Below, one piece after another: positions 34,056 to 35,180 of a stretch of DNA of 35,180 nucleotides (positions are counted from its first letter, which is position 1; the number at the start of each line of letters is the position of its first letter). The position numbers were made by a program, and so were the translations under genes. The notes beneath the pieces are model-generated. The model was not told the DNA's origin. It made no database searches and saw only the letters and a list, made by a program, of their open reading frames with translations. Location: NCBI RefSeq assembly GCF_006345805.1, contig NW_021831978.1, positions 1-35,180 of the forward strand, given 5' to 3'. The stretch comes from Octopus sinensis (Eukaryota).

Positions 34056-35180
34056 GTGAAGAAAAGCACCGTAGGGCACTGGAGTTGCTGGATCATACCC
34101 ACCCATGACCCTGAGAGCAGCAGTCAGGCGAAAAGAAGGATTGCACATGCAGTAGGGCCTAGCATAAGACCCACCTTGAAGAAGCCGATAGTAACGTTTA
34201 ACAGGAAACTATAGCAAGCGGGTTTAAAGTGCAGTCTTGGTGTCAGTGTGGCTGGAGATGTGGCCGGCCTCTTCATGACCTGGTGGGACAGAAAACTTCG
34301 GCAATCCATAGCGGAACAATCCCTAACTGTTTTGCTTTCCTCTAGGTACGTAGACGGCATTAATATCCTAGTTAGGACAAACACTAGTAACTGTAATATA
34401 GAAACGTAGAGGAACGTAATGGAGAACATCCAGCACGTAGCTTACTCCATCCACCAAGGCATATAGGTAACTATAAACTACCGCACTACAGGGCGGCGAG
34501 CTGGCAGAAACGTTAGACGCCGGGCGAAATGCGTAGCCGTATTTCGTCTGCCGTCACGTTCTGAGTTCAAGTTCGGCCTAGGTCGATTTTGCCTTTCATC
34601 CTTTCGGGGTCGATAAATACAGTACCAGTTTCGCACTGGGGTCGATGTAATCGACTTACTCCCTTTCTCTGTCCTTATTTGTCCCCTCTATGTTTAGCCC
34701 CTTGTGGGTAATAAAGAAATAGGTATTTCGTCTCTCTTTACGTTCTGAGTTCAAATTCCGCCTAGGTCGACTTTGCCTTTCATCCTTTCGGGGTCGATAA
34801 ATACAGTACCAGTTTCGCACTGGGTTCGATGTAATCGACTTACTCCATTTCTCTGTCCTTATTTGTCCCCTCTATGTTTAGCCCCTTGGGGTAATAAAGA
34901 AATAGGTATTTCGTCTCTCTTTACGTTCTGAGTTCAAATTCCGCCTAGGTCGACTTTGCCTTTCATCCTTTCGGGGTCGATAAATACAGTACCAGTTTCG
35001 CACTGGGTTCGATGTAATCGACTTACTCCATTTCTCTGTCCTTATTTGTCCCCTCTATGTTTAGCCCCTTGTGGGCAGTAAAGAAATATATAAATTGCCG
35101 CACTAGGCACCCTAATAATAGACTCCCTGTCCTTGATACTGAACTTTGGTTAAAGACTATGAACAACAGAGTGAAGCTCA
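34056..35180 (+). pseudogene. Penelope-like element reverse transcriptase fragment, interrupted by a SINE and running off the window end
   Basis: One frame reads KRRIAHAVG..TFNRKL*QAG..LGVSVAGDVAGLFMTWWDRKL..RYVDGINILV..VMENIQHVAYSIH..VTINYRT, then resumes after the SINE as RHPNNRLPVLDTELWLK. YVDG is at 34347-34358, and there are stops at 34212, 34407 and 34464. Confidence 0.8.
34489..35088 (+). mobile_element. SINE family B with a head and three tandem ~184-bp units, flanked by a 17-bp TSD
   Basis: Head GGCGGCGAGCTGGCAGAAACGTTAG. Units start at 34539, 34723 and 34906, each with a B-box GAGTTCAA. The TSD is TATAAACTACCGCACTA (34472-34488) / TATAAATTGCCGCACTA (35089-35105). Confidence 0.92.

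Noticed and set aside
34539-35088. Regularly spaced ~184-bp repeats considered as a CRISPR-like or satellite array
   Set aside because: There are no unique spacers. They are whole-unit duplications inside a TSD-bounded SINE in a eukaryotic context.

Overview
This is repeat-dominated, AT-rich eukaryotic intergenic or intronic DNA, and I found no supportable intact host protein-coding gene. Almost all ORFs in the supplied track are microsatellite translations. The SINE families and microsatellite load match what I recognise from Octopus genomes, which is an inference from remembered repeat sequences rather than a search. The window contains about 17 tRNA-derived SINE copies or fragments from at least four families (labelled A to D here) and a 5'-truncated Tx1-clade LINE ORF2 sitting between (GATA)n arrays. 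It also has three mariner remnants, a Penelope-like (PLE) reverse transcriptase fragment split by a trimeric SINE, a probable 3' LTR with its polypurine tract, and a 1.29-kb tandem duplication that looks like a long-read assembly artefact. The most notable observation is seven minimal type-I hammerhead-ribozyme-like motifs. Two of them have identical 28-nt cores and lie in the arms of a 355-bp inverted repeat (19410-19764), giving one hammerhead per strand in a rod-like fold. Other highlights are an apparent ~170-190-bp duplication flanking the (GATA)n-embedded Tx1 LINE, a mariner derivative with two 5' ends and an internal inversion, and a mariner carrying a ~190-bp insert that reads like an Ig-domain fragment. 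All coordinates and identities were read by eye.
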